NCBI RefSeq assembly: GCF_009914755.1
Contig: NC_060945.1
DNA length: 64,000 nucleotides
Origin: the human T2T-CHM13v2.0 reference genome, Homo sapiens
Direction: 5' to 3' (one strand)
Position 1 is the stretch's first letter. Every line of letters starts with the position of its first letter. This document shows positions 1-16,400 of the stretch, one piece after another. The translations under genes were made by a program, and so were the position numbers. The notes beneath the pieces are model-generated. The model ran no database searches and was not told the origin of the DNA. It worked only from the letters and a program-made list of their open reading frames with translations.

Positions 1-427
1 AAACATTATATACTGTACATAAAATATCCAAATACTCAAAATATATATTACATACTGTACATAAAATATCAAAGTACCCAAATTATGTATTATCTACTGT
101 ACATAAAATATCAAAGTACCCAAAATATGCATTGTATACTGTACATAAAATATGAAAGTAACAAAACATTTATAATAAACTCTACATAAAATATCAAAGT
201 ACTCAAACTATATATCATACACTGTACCTAAAATATCAAATTACCCAAACTGTATATTATTATATACTGTACATAAAATATCAAAGTACCTGAAATATAT
301 ATTGTATACTGTACATAAAATATCAAAGTACCCAAAATATATACTATATACTGTACATAAAATATGAAGTTACATCAAATATATATTATATCCTGTACAT
401 AAAATATCAAAGTACACCTATTATATA

Positions 428-3400
428 TTGTGTACTGTACATAATATATTAAATCGCCCAAATATATATTGTATACTGTATATAAAATATGAAGGAACTT
501 CAAATATATATTATATGCTGCACATAAAATATCAAATTACCCAAAGTATGCATTACATACTGTACATAAAATATCAAAGTACACAAATTATATATTATAT
601 ACTGTACATAAAATATGAAGGTTCATAAAATATATTTTATATTCTGTACATAATATATCAAAGTACATCAAATATATATTATATACGGTACATAAAATAT
701 CAAAGTACCCAAAATATGTATTATTTACTGTACATAAAATATGAAAGTAACCAAACATTTATAATAAACTGTACATGAAATATCAAAGTACTCAATCTAC
801 ATATTATATACAGTATATAAAATATCAAAGTACACAAACTGTATATTATATACTGTACATAATATATCAAAGTACCCAGAATATATAGCATACTGTACAT
901 AAAATATCAAAGTACCCAAAATGTATATTGTGTACTGTACATAAAATATAAAGGTACATCAAAGATATATTATATTCTGTACATAAAATATCAAATTACA
1001 CCAAATATATATTATATGCTGTACATAATATATTAAAGTTGCCCATATATACATTATACACTTTACATAAAATATGAACGTACATCAAATATATAGTATA
1101 TGCTGCACATAAAATATCAAAGTACCCAAAGTATGTATTATACACTGTACATAAAATATCAAAGTACCAAAAGTATATATTGCATACTGTAAATAAAATA
1201 TGAAGGTAACTGAAATATATATTATATTCTGTACATAAAATATAAAAGTACACCAAGTATAAACTACATACTCTGCATAAAATATTAAATTACCCAAAAT
1301 ATGTATTGTATTGTGTACATAAAATATGAAAGTAACCAAACATTTATAATAAACTGTACATAAAATATCAAAGTACTCAAACTGTATATTATATACTGTA
1401 CATAAAGTATCAAAATACCCAAACTGTGTAGTATATACTGTACATAAAATATCAAGGTACCCAAAATATATATTGTAAACTGTAGATACAATATCAAAGT
1501 ACCCAAAATATATATTATATACTGTACATAAAATATGAAGGCACATCCAATATATATTATATTCTGTACATAAAATATCAAAGTACACCAAATGTATATT
1601 ATATACTGTACATAAAATATAAAAGTACCCCGAATATATATTATATACTCTACATAAAATATCAAAGTACCCAAAATAGATATTATATACTGTACATAAA
1701 ATATCAAAGTACCCATAGTATGTATTATATCCTGTACATAAAATATGAAGGTACATCAAATATATATTCTATTCTGCACATAAAATATCATATTACACCA
1801 AATATATATTGTATACTGTATATAAAATATGAAGGTACTTCAAATACATATTATATGCTGCACATAAAATATCAAAGTACCGAAAGTGTGCATTATATGC
1901 TGTACATAAAATATCAAAGTACCCAAAGTGTATATTATATACTGTACATAAAATGTGAAGGTTCATCAAATATATTTTATATTCTGCACATAATATATCA
2001 AAGTACATCAAATATATATTATATACTGTACATAAAATATTAAAGTACCAAAAATATGTATTATATACTGTACATAAAATATGAAAGTAACCAAACATTT
2101 ATAATAAACTGTACATAAAGTATCAAAGTACTCAAACTACATATTATATACAGTATATAAAATATCAAAGTACCCAAACTGTATATTATATACTGTACAT
2201 AATATATCAAAGTACCCAAATATATAGCATACTGTACATAAAATATTAAAGTACCCAAAATATATATTGTATACTGTACATAAAATATGAAGGTACATCA
2301 AAGATATATTATATCCTGTACATAAAATATCAAAGTACACCAAATATATATTATATGCTGTACATAATATATTAAAGTCGACCAAATATATATTATATAC
2401 TGTACATAAAATATGAAGGTACATCAAATATATATTATATGCTGCACATAAAATATCAAAGTACCCAAAGTATGTATTATATACTGTACATAAAATATCA
2501 AAGTACCCAAAGTATATATTATATACCGTATATAAAATATAAAATACCCCAAATATATATTATATGCTGTACATAAAATATCAAAGTACACAAAATATTT
2601 ATTATACACTGTACATAAAATATCAACGGACCCAAAATATATATTATATACTGTACATAAAATATCAAAATACCCAAAATATATATTATATACTGTACAT
2701 AAAATACCAAAGTACCCAAAGTATATATTATATACCGTACAAAAAATATCAAAATAGCCAAAATATGTATTATACACTGTACATAATATATGAAAGTACC
2801 CAAACATTTATAATAAACTGTACATAAAATATCAATGTACTCAAACTATATATTATGTGCGGTACATAAGATATCAAAGTACCCATACTATATAGTATAT
2901 ACTGTACTTAAAATATCAAAATACCCAAAATATATATTATATACGTTACATAAACTATCAAATACACAAAGTATGTATTATATACTGTACATAAAATAGC
3001 AAAGTTCCCAAAATATGTATTATATACTGTACATAAAATATGAAAGTACCCAACCATTTATAATAAACTCTACATAAAATACCAAAGTACCCAAACTGTG
3101 TATTATATACTGTCCATAAAATATCAAAGTACCCAAAATATATATTGTAAACTGCACATAAAATATCAAAGTAGCCAAAATATATATTGTATACTGTACA
3201 TAAAATATAAACATACCCCAAATATGTATTATATACTGTACATAAAATATCAAAGTACCGATAATACATATTATATGCTGTACATAAAATATCAAAGGAC
3301 CCAAAATAAACATTATATACTGTACATAAAATATCCAAATACTCAAAATATATATTACATACTGTACATAAAATATCAAAGTACCCAAATTATGTATTAT

Positions 3401-3734
3401 ATACTGTACGTAAAATATCAGAGTACCCAAAATATGCATTATATACTGTACATAAAATATGAAAGTAACAAAACCTTTATAATAAACTGTACATAAAATA
3501 TCAAAGTACTCAAACTATATATCATATACTGTACATAAAATATCAAAGTACCCAAACTGTGTATTATTGTATACTGTATATAAAATATCAAAGTACCTGA
3601 AATATATATTGTATACTGTACATAAAGTATCAAAGTACCCAAAACATATACTCTATACTGTACATAAAATATGAAGGTACATCAAATATATCTTATATCC
3701 TGTACATAAAATATCAAAGTACACCTATTATATA
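428..3734 (+). repeat. HSat1A higher-order unit, type A (3,307 bp, ~79 monomers); second copy 32240..35546
   Basis: Delimited by a once-per-unit landmark (CCTATTATATATTGTGTACTG; ORF-track 'MCTVHNILN' starts at 428 and 3735, and at 32240 and 35547). Confidence 0.85.
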
Positions 3735-6700
3735 TTGTGTACTGTACATAATATATTAAATCACCCAAATATATATTGTATACTGTATATAAAATATGAA
3801 GGTACTTCAAATGTATATTATATGCTGCACATAAAATATCAAAGTACCCAAAGTATGCATTACATAATGTACATAAAATATCAAAGTACACAAATTATAT
3901 ATTATATAATGTACATAAAATATGAAGGTTCATAAAATATATTTTATATTCTGTACATAATATATCAAAGTACATCAATTATGTATTATATACGGTACAT
4001 AAAATATCAAAGTACCCAAAATATGTATTATTTACTGTACATAAAATATGAAAGTAACCAAACATTTATAATAAACTGTACATAAAATATCAAACTACTC
4101 AATCTACATATTATATACAGTATATAAAATATCAAAGTACACAAACTGTATATTATATACTGTACATAATATATCAAAGTACCCAGAATATATAGCATAC
4201 TGTACATTAAATATCAAAGTACCCAAAATATATATTGTATACGGTACATAAAATATAAAGGTACATCAAAGATATATTATATTCTGTACATAAAATATCA
4301 AATTACACCAAATATATATTATATGCTGTACATAATATATTAAAGTTGCCCATATATACATTATACACTGTACATAAAATATGAACGTACATCAAATATA
4401 TAGTATATGCTGCACATATAATATCAAAGTACCCAAAGTATGTATTATACACTGTACATAAAATATCAAACTACCAAAATTATATATTACATACTGTAAA
4501 TAAAATATGAAGGTACCTCAAATATATATTATATTCTGTACATAAAATATCAAAGTACACCAAGTATATACTATATACTCTGCATAAAATATTAAATTAC
4601 CCACAATATGTATTGTATTGTGTACATAAAATATGAAAGTAACCAAACATTTATAATAAACTGTACATAAAATATCAAAGTACTCAAACTGTATATTATA
4701 TACTGTACATAAAGTATCAAAGTACCCAAACTGTGTAGTATATACTGTACATAAAATGTCAAGGTACGCAAAATATATATTGTAAACTGTAGATAAAATA
4801 TCAAAGTACCCAAAATATATATTATATACTGTACATAAAATATGAAGGCACATCCAATATATATTATATTCTGTACATAAAATATCAAAGTACACCAAAT
4901 GTATATTATACACTGTACATAAAATATCAAAGTACCCAACGTGTATATTATATACTGTACACAAAATATGAAGGTTCATCAAATATATTTTATATTCTGC
5001 ACATAATATATCAAAGTACATCAAATATATATTATATACTGTACATAAAATATCAAAGTACCAAAAATATGTATTATATACTGTACATAAAATATGAAAG
5101 TAACCAAACATATATAATAAACTGTACATAAAATATCAAAGTACTCGAACTACATATTATATACAGTATATAAAATGTCAAAGTACCCAAACTCTATATT
5201 ATATACTGTACATAATATATCAAAGTACCCGAATATATAGCATACTGTACATAAAATATCAAAGTACCCAAAGTGTGTATTATACACTGCATATAAAATA
5301 TGAAGGTACATAAAATATATATTGTATTCTGTACATAAAATATCAAAGTACTCCAAATATATATTACATGCTGTACAAAATATATTAAAGTTGCCCAAAT
5401 ATATATTATATACTGTACATAAAATATGAAGGTACATCAAATATATAGTATATGCTGCACATAAAATATCAAAGTACCCAAAGTATGTATTATATACTGT
5501 ACATAAAATATCAAAGTACCCAAAGTATATATTATATACTGTACATAAAATATAAAATACCCCAAATATACATTATATGCTGTACATAAAATATCAAAGT
5601 ACACAAAATATGTATTATGTACTGTGCATAAAATATCAAAGGACCCAAAATATATATTATATACTGTAGATAAAATATCAAAATACCCAAAATATATATT
5701 ATATACCCTACATAAAATACCAAAATACCCAAAGTATATATTATATACCGTACAAAAAATATCAAAGTAGCCAAAATATGTATTATACACTGTACATAAT
5801 ATATGAAAGTACCCAAACATTTATAATAAACTGTACATAAAATATCAATGTACTCAAACTATATATTATGTGCGGTACATAAGATATCAAAGTACCCATA
5901 CTATATAGTATGTACTGTACTTAAAATATCAAAATACCCAAAATATATATTATATACGTTACATAAACTATCAAATACACAAAGTATGTATTATATACTG
6001 TACATAAAATAGCAAAGTTCCCAAAATATGTATTATATACTGTACATAAAATATGAAAGTACCCAACCATTTATAATAAACTCTACATAAAATACCAAAG
6101 TACCCAAACTGTGTATTATATACTGTCCATAAAATATCAAAGTACACAAAATATATATTGTCAACTGTACATAAAATATCAAAGTAGCCAAAATATATAT
6201 AGTATACCGTACATAAAATATAAAATTACCCCAAATATATATTATATACTGTACATAAAATATCAAAGTACCGATAATACATATTATATACTGTACATAA
6301 AATATCAAAGGACCCAAAATAAACATTATATACTGTACATAAAATATTCAAATACTCAAAATATATATTACATACTGTACATAAAATATCAAAGTACCCA
6401 AATTATGTATTATATACTGTACGTAAAATATCAGAGTACCCAAAATATGCATTATATACTGCACATAAAATATGAAAGTAACAAAACATTTATAATAAAC
6501 TGTACATAAAATATCAAAGTACTCAAACTATATATCATATACTGTACATAAAATGTCAAAGTACCCAAACTGTGTATTATTATATACTGTATATAAAATA
6601 TCAAAATACCTGAAATATATATTGCACACTGTACATAAAATATCAAAGTACCCAAAATATATACTATATACTGTACATAAAATATGAAGGTACATCAAAT

Positions 6701-9700
6701 ATATATTACATCCTGTACATAAAATAACAAAGTACACCTATTATATATTGTGTACTGTACATAATATATTAAATCGCCCAAATATATATTTTATACTGTA
6801 TATAAAATATGAAGGTACTTCAAATATATATTATATGCTGCACATAAAATATCAAAGTACCCAAAGTATGCATTACATACTGTACATAAAATATCAAAGT
6901 ACACAAATTATATATTATATACTGTACATAAAATATGTAGGTTCATCAAATATATTTTATATTCTGTACATAATATATCAAAGTACATCAAATATATATT
7001 ATATACGGTACATAAAATATCAAAGTACCCAAAATATGTATTATTTACTGTTCATAAAATATGAAAGTAACCAAACATTTATAATAAACTGTACATAAAA
7101 TATCAAAGTACTCAATCTACATATTATATACAGTATATAAAATATCAAAGTACACAAACTGTATATTATATACTGTACATAATATATCAAAGTACCCAGA
7201 ATATATAGCATACTGTACATAAAATATCAAAGTACCCAAAATATATATTGTATACTGTACATAAAATATGAAGGTACATCAAAGATATATTATATTCTGT
7301 ACATAAAATATCAAAGTACACCAAATATATATTATATGCTGTACATAATATATTAAAGTTGCCCATGTATACATTTTGTACTGTACATAAAATATGAAGG
7401 TACATCAAATATATAGTATATGCTGCACATAAAATATCAAAGTACCCAAAGTATGTAATATATACTGTACATAATATATCAAAGTACCAAAAGTATATAT
7501 TACATACTGTAAATAAAATATGAAGGTACCTCAAATATACATTATATTCTGTACATAAAATATCAAAGTACACCAAATATATACTATATACTGTACATAA
7601 AATATTAAATTACCCACAATATGTATTTTATTCTGTACATAAAATATGAAAGTAACCAATCATTTATAATAAACTGTACATAAAATATCAAAGTACTCAA
7701 ACTGTATATTATATACTGTAAATAAAGTATCAAAGTACCCAAACTGTGTAGTATATACTGTACATAATATATCAAGGTACCCAAAATATATATTGTAAAC
7801 TGTAGATAAAATATCAAAGTACCCAAAATATATATTATATACTGTACATAAAATATGAAGGCACATCCAGTATATATTATATTCTGTGCATAAAATATCA
7901 AAGTACACCAAATGTATATTATATACTGTACATAAAATATAAAAGTACCCCAAGTATATATTATATACTCTACATAAAATATGAAAGTACCCAAAATATA
8001 TATTATATACTGTACATAAAATATCAAAATACCCATAGTATGTATTATATCCTGTACATAAAATATGAAGGTACATCTAATATATATTATATTCTGCACA
8101 TAAAATATCATATTACACCAAATATATATTATATACTGTACATAAAAGATGAAAGTACATCAAATATATATTATATGCTGCACATAAAATATAAAAGTCC
8201 CCAAAGTTTGTATTATATTCTGTACATAAAATATCAAAGTATCCAAAGTGTATATTATATACTGTACATAAAATATGAAGGTACATCCGATACATATTAT
8301 ATTCTGTACGTAAAATATCAAAGTACACCAAGTATATATTATATACTGTACATAAAATATTAAATTACCCAAAATATGTATTGTATACTGTACATAAAAT
8401 ATGAAAGTATCCAAACATTTATAATAAACTGTACATAAAATATCAAAGTACTCAAACTGTGTATTATATACTGTACATAAAGCATCCAAGTACCCAAACT
8501 GTGTAGCATATACTGTACATAAAATATCAAGGTACCCAAAATATATAGTGTAAACTGTAGATAAAATATCAAAGTACCCAAAGTATACATTATATACTCT
8601 ACATAAAATATCAAAATACGCAAAATATATATTGTATACTGTACATAAAATATCAAAGTATCCAAACTATATATTATGTACTGTACATAAAATATCAAAG
8701 TACCCAAAGTGTGTATTATACACTGCATATAAAATATGAAGGTACATAAAATATATATTGTATTCTGTACATAAAATATCAAATTACACCAAATATATAT
8801 TATATAGTGTACATAATATATTAAAGTCTACCAAATATATATTATATACTGTACATAAAATATGAAGGTACATCAAATATATATTATACGCTGCACATAA
8901 AATATCAAAGTACCCAAAGTATGTATTATATACTGTACATAAAATATCAAAGTACCCAAAGTATATATTATATACTGTACATAAAATATAAAATACCCCA
9001 AATATATATTATATGCTGTACATGAAATATCAAAGTACACAAAATATGTATTATGTACTGTACATACAGTATCAAAGGACCCAAAATATATATTATATAC
9101 TGTACATAAAATATCAAAATATCCAAAATATATATTATATACTGTACATAAAATACCAAAGTACCCAAAGTATATATTATATACCGTACAAAAAATATCA
9201 AAGTAGCCAAAATATGTATTATACACTGTACATAATATATGAAAGTACCCAAACATTTATAATAAACTGTACATAAAATATCAATGTACTCAAACTATAT
9301 ATTATGTGCGGTACATAACATATCAAATTACCCATACTATATAGTATATACTGTACTTAAAATATCAAAATATCCAAAATATATATTATATACGTTACAT
9401 AAACTATCAAATACACAAAGTATGTATTATATACTGTACATAAAATAGCAAAGTTCCCAAAATATGTATTATATACTGTACATAAAATATGAAAGTACCC
9501 AACCATTTATAATAAACTCTACATAAAATACCAAAGTACCCAAACTGTGTATTATATACTGTCCATAAAATATCAAAGTACCCAAAATATATATTGTAAA
9601 CTGTACATAAAATATCAAAGTAGCCAAAATATATATTGTATACTGTACATAAAATATAAAATACCCCAAATATATATTATATACTGTACATAAAATATCA

Positions 9701-12700
9701 AAGTACCCATAATACATATTATATACTGTACATAAAATATCAAAGGACCCAAAATAAATATTATATACTGTACATAAAATATCCAAATACTCAAAATATA
9801 TATTACATACTGTACATAAAATATCAAAGTACCCAAATTATGTATTATATACTGTACGTAAATTATCAGAGTACCCAAAATATGCATTATATACTGTACA
9901 TAAAATATGAAATTAACAAAACATTTATAATAAACTGTACATAAAATATCAAAGTACTCAAACTATATATCATATACTGTACATAAAATATCAAAGTACC
10001 CAAACTGTGTATTATTATATACTGTATATAAAATATCACAGTACCTGAAATATATATTGTATACTGTACATAAAATATCAAAGTACCCAAAATATATACT
10101 ATATACTGTACATAAAATATGAAGGTACATCAAATATATATTATATCCTGTACATAAAATATCAAACAACACCTATTGGATATTGTGTACTGTACATAAT
10201 ATATTAAATCCCCCAAATATATATTGTATACTGTATATAAAATATGAAGGTACTTCAAATTCATATTACATGCTGCACATAAAATATCAAACTACCCAAG
10301 GTATGCATTATATACTGTACATAAAATATCAAAGTACACAAATTATATACTATATACTGTACATAAAATATGAAGGTTCATCAAATATATTTTATATTCT
10401 GTACATAATATATCAAAGTACATCAAATATATATTATATACGGTACATAAAATATCAAAGTACCAAAAATATGTATTATATACTGTACATAAAATATGAA
10501 AGTAACCAAACATTTATAATAAATTGTACATAAAATATCAAAGTACTCAAACTACATATTATATACAGTATATAAAATATCAAAGTACCCAAAGTGTATA
10601 TTATATACTGTACATAATATATCAAAGTACCCGAATATATAGCATACTGTACATAAAATATCAAAGTACCCAAAATATATATTGTATACTGTACATAAAA
10701 TATGAAGGTACATCGAAGATATATTATATTGTGTACATAAAATATCAAAGTACACCAAATATATATTATATGCTGTACATAATATATTAAAGTTGCCCAA
10801 ATATATATTATATACTGTACATAAAATATGAAGGCACATCAAATATATAGTATATGCTGCACATAAAATATCAAAGTACCCAAAGTATGTAATATATACT
10901 GTACATAACATATCAAAGTACCAAAAGTATATATTACCTACTGTAAATAAAATATGAAGGTACCTCAAATATACATTATATTCTGTACATAAAATATCAA
11001 AGTACACCAAATATATACTATATACTGTACATACAATATTAAATTACCCACAATATGTATTGTATTGTGTACATAAAATATGAAAGTAACCAAACATTTA
11101 TAATAAACTGTACATAAAATATCAAAGTACTCAAACTGTATATTATATACTGTACATAAAGTATCAAAGTACCCAAACTGTGTAGTATACACTGTACATA
11201 AAATATCAAGGTACCCAAAATATATATTGTAAACTGTAGATACGATATCAAATTACCCAAAATATATATTATATACTGTACATAAAATATGAAGGCACAT
11301 CCAGTATATATTATATTCTGTACATAAAATATCAAAGTACACCAAATGTATATTATATACTGTACATAAAATATAAAACTACCCCAAGTATATATTATAT
11401 ACTCTACATAAAATATGAAAGTACCCAAAATATATATTATATACTGTACATAAAATATCAAAGTACCCATAGTATGTATTATATCCTGTACATAAAATAT
11501 GAAGGTACATCAAATATATATTATATTCTGCACATAAAATATCATATTACACCAAATATATATTATATACTGTACATAAAATATGAAGGTACATCAAATG
11601 TATATTATATGCTGCACATAAAATATCAAAGTCCCCAAAGTTTGTATTATATACTGTACATAAAATATCAAAGTATCCAAAGTGTATATTATATACTGTA
11701 CATAAAATATGAAGGTACATCCGATACATATTATATTCTGTACATAAAATATCAAAGTACACCAAGTATATATTATATACTGTACATAAAATATTAAATT
11801 ACCCGAAATATGTATTGTATACTGTACATAAAATATGAAAGTAACCAAACATTTATAATAAACTGTACATAAAATATCAAAGTACTCAAACTACATATTA
11901 TATACAGTATATAAAATATCAAAGTACCCAAACTGTATATTATATACTGTACATACTATATCAAAGTACCCGAATATATAGCATACTGTACATGAAATAT
12001 CAAAGTACCCAAAATATATATTGTACACTGCACATAAAATATGAAGCTACATCAAAGATATATTATATTCTGTACATAAAATATCAAAGTACACCAAGTA
12101 TATATTATATGCTGTACATAATATATTAAAGTCGACCAAATATATATTACATACTGTACAAAAAATATGAAGGTACATCAAATATATATTATATGCTGCA
12201 CATAAAATATCAAAGTACCCAAAGTATGTATTATATACTGTACATAAAATATCAAAATACCCAAAGTATATATTATATACTATACATACAATATAAAATA
12301 CCCCAAATATATATTATATGCTGTACATAAAATATCAAAGTACACAAAATATGTATTATGTACTGTACATAAAATATCAAAGGACCGAAAATATATATTA
12401 TATACTGTACATAAAATATCAAAATACCCAAAATATATACTATATACTGTACATAAAATACCAAAGTACCCAAAGTATATATTATATACCGTACAAAAAA
12501 TATCAAAGTAGCCAAAGTATGTATTATACACTGTACATAATATATGAAAGTACCCAAACATTTATAATAAACTGTACATAAAATATCAATGTACTCAAAC
12601 TATATATTATGTTCGGTACATAACATATCAAAGTACCCATACTATATAGTATATACTGTACTTAAAATATCAAAATACCCAAAATATATATTATATACGT

Positions 12701-13488
12701 TACATAAATTATCCAATACCCAAAGTATGTATTATATACTGTACTTAAAATAGCAAAGTTCCCAAAATATGTATTATATACTGTACATAACAAATGAAAG
12801 TACCCAACCATTTATAGTAAACTCTACATAAAATACCAAAGTACCCAAACTGTGTATTATATACTGTCCATAAATTATCAAAGTACCCAAAATATATATT
12901 GTAAACTGTACATAAAATATCAAAGTAGCCAAAATGTATATTGTATACTGTACATAAAATATAAACGTACCCCAAATATATATTATATACTGTACACAAA
13001 ATATCAAAGTACCCATAATACATATTATATACTGTACATAAAATATCAAAGGACCCAAAATAAACATTATATACTGTACATAAAATATCCAAATACTCAA
13101 AATATATATTACATACTGTACATAAAATATCAAAGTACCCAAATTATGTATTATATACTGTACGTAAAATATCAGAGTACCCAAAATATGCATTATATAC
13201 TGTACATAAAATATGAAAGTAACACAACATTTATAATAAACTGTACATAAAATATCAAAGTACTAAAACTATATATCATATACTGTACATAAAATATCAA
13301 AGTACCCAAACTGTGTATTATTATATACTGTCCATAAAATATCAAGGTACCTAAAATATATATTGCATACTGTACATAAAATATCAAAGTACCCAAAATA
13401 TATACTATATACTGTACATAAAATATGAAGGTACATCAAATATATATTATATCCTGTACATAAAATATCAAAGTACACCTATTATATA
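3735..13488 (+). repeat. 9,754-bp HSat1A block (units B 3,013 + C 3,435 + D 3,306), copy 1
   Basis: Landmark positions 3735, 6748, 10183, 13489; same spacings and private variants recur in two later copies. Confidence 0.88.
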
Positions 13489-16400
13489 TTGTGTACTGTA
13501 CATAATATATTAAATCACCCAAATATATATTGTATACTGTATATAAAATATGAAGGTACTTCAAATATACATTATATGCTGCACATAAAATATCAAAGTA
13601 CCCAAAGTATGCATTACATACTGTACATAAAATATCAAAGTACACAAATTATATATTATATAATGTACATAAAATATGAAGGTTCATAAAATATATTTTA
13701 TATTCTGTACATAATATATCAAAGTACATCAAATATATATTATATACGGTACATAAAATATCAAAGTACCAAAAATATGTATTATTTACTGTGCATAAAA
13801 TATGAAAGTAACCAAACATTTATAATAAACTGTACATAAAATATCAAAGTACTCAATCTACATATTATATACAGTATATAAAATGTCAAAGTACACAAAC
13901 TGTATATTATATACTGTACATAATATATCAAAGTACCCAGAATATATAGCATACTGTACATAAAATATCAAATTAGCCAAAATATATATTGTATACTGTA
14001 CATAAAATATGAAGGTACATCAAAGATATATTATATTCTGTACATAAAATATCAAAGTACACCAAATATATATTATATGCTGTACATAATATATTAAAGT
14101 TGCCCATGTATACATTTTATACTGTACATAAAATATGAACGTACATCAAATATATAGATATGCTGCACATAAAATATCAAAGTACCCAAAGTATGTAATA
14201 TACACTGTACATAATATATCAAAGTACCAAAAGTATATATTACATACTGTAAATAAAATATGAAGGTACCTCAAATATACATTATATTCTGTACATAAAA
14301 TATCAAAGTACACCAAATATATACTATATGCTGTACATAAAATATTAAATTACCCACAATATGTACTGTATTGTGTACATAAAATATGAAAGTAACCAAT
14401 CATTTATAATAAACTGTACATAAAATATCAAAGTACTCAAACTGTATATTATATACTGTACATAAAGTATCAAAGTACCCAAACTGTGTAGCATATACTG
14501 TACATAAAATATCAAGGTACCCAACATATATATTGTATACTGTAGATAAAATATCAAAGTACCCAAAATATATATTATATACTGTACATAAAATATGAAG
14601 GCACATCCAATATATATTATATTCTGTACATAAAATATCAAAGTACACCAAATGTATATTATACACTGTACATAAATTATAAAAGTACCCCAAATATATA
14701 TTATATACTCTACATAAAATATCAAAGTACCCAAAATATATATTATATACTGTACATAAAATATCAAAGTACCCATAGTATGTATTATATCCTGTACATA
14801 AAATATGAAGGTACATCAAATATATATTCTATTCTGCACATAAAATATCATATTACACCAAATATATATTGTATGCTGTATATAAAATATGAAGGTACTT
14901 CAAATATATATTATATGCTGCACATAAAATATCAAAGTACCCAAAGTATGCATTATATACTGTACATAAAATATCAAAGTACCCAAAGTGTATATTATAT
15001 ACTGTACATAAAATATGAAGGTTCATCAAATATATTTTATATTCTGCACATAATATATCAAAGTACATCAAATATATATTATATGCTGTACATAAAATAT
15101 CAAAGTATCAAAAATATGTATTATATACTGTACATAAAATATGAAAGTAACCAAATATTTATAATAAACTCTACATAAAATATCAAAGTACTCAAACTAC
15201 ATATTATATACAGTATATAAAATATCAAAGTACCCAAACTGTATATTATATACTGTACATACTATATCAAAGTACCCGAATATATAGCATACTGTACATA
15301 AAATATCAAAGTACCCATAATATATATTGTATACTGTACATGAAATATGATGGTACATCAAAGATATATTATATTCTGTACATAAAATATCAAAGTACAC
15401 CAAATATATATGATATGCTGTACATAATATATTAAAGTCGACCAAATATATATTACATACTGTACATAAAATATGAAGGTACATCAAATATATATTATAT
15501 GCTGCACATAAAATATCAAAGTACCCAAAGTATATATTATATACTGTACATAAAATATCAAAGTACCCAAAGTATATATTATATACTGTACATAAAATAT
15601 AAAATACCCCAAATATATATTTTATGCTGTACATAAAATATCAAAGTACACAAAATATGTATTATATACTGTGCATAAAATATCAAAGGACCCAAAATAT
15701 ATATTATATACTGTACATAAAATATCAAAATACCCAAAATATATATTATATACTATACATAAAATACCAAAGTACCCAAAGTACATATTATATACCGTAC
15801 AAAAAATATCAAAGTAGCCAAAATATGTATTATACACTGTACATAATATATGAAAGTACACAAACATTTATAATAAACTGTACATAAAATATCAATGTAC
15901 TCAAACTATATATTATGTGCGGTACATAAGATATCAAAGTACCCATACTATATAGTATGTACTGTACTTAAAATATCAAAATACCCAAAATATATATTAT
16001 ATACGTTACATAAACTATCAAATACACAAAGTATGTATTGTATACTGTACATAAAATAGCAAAGTTCCCAAACTATGTATTATATACTGTACATAAAATA
16101 TGAAAGTACCCAACCATTTATAATAAACTCTACATAAAATACCAAAGTAACCAAACTGTGTATTATATACTGTCCATAAAATATCAAAGTACCCAAAATA
16201 TATATTGTAAACTGTACATAAAATATCAAAGTAGCCAAAATATATATTGTATACTGTACATAAAATATAAAATACCCCAAATATATATTATATACTGTAC
16301 ATAAAATATCAAAGTACCCATAATACATATTATATACTGTACATAAAATATCAAAGTACCCAAACTGTATATTATATACTGTACATACTATATCAAAGTA

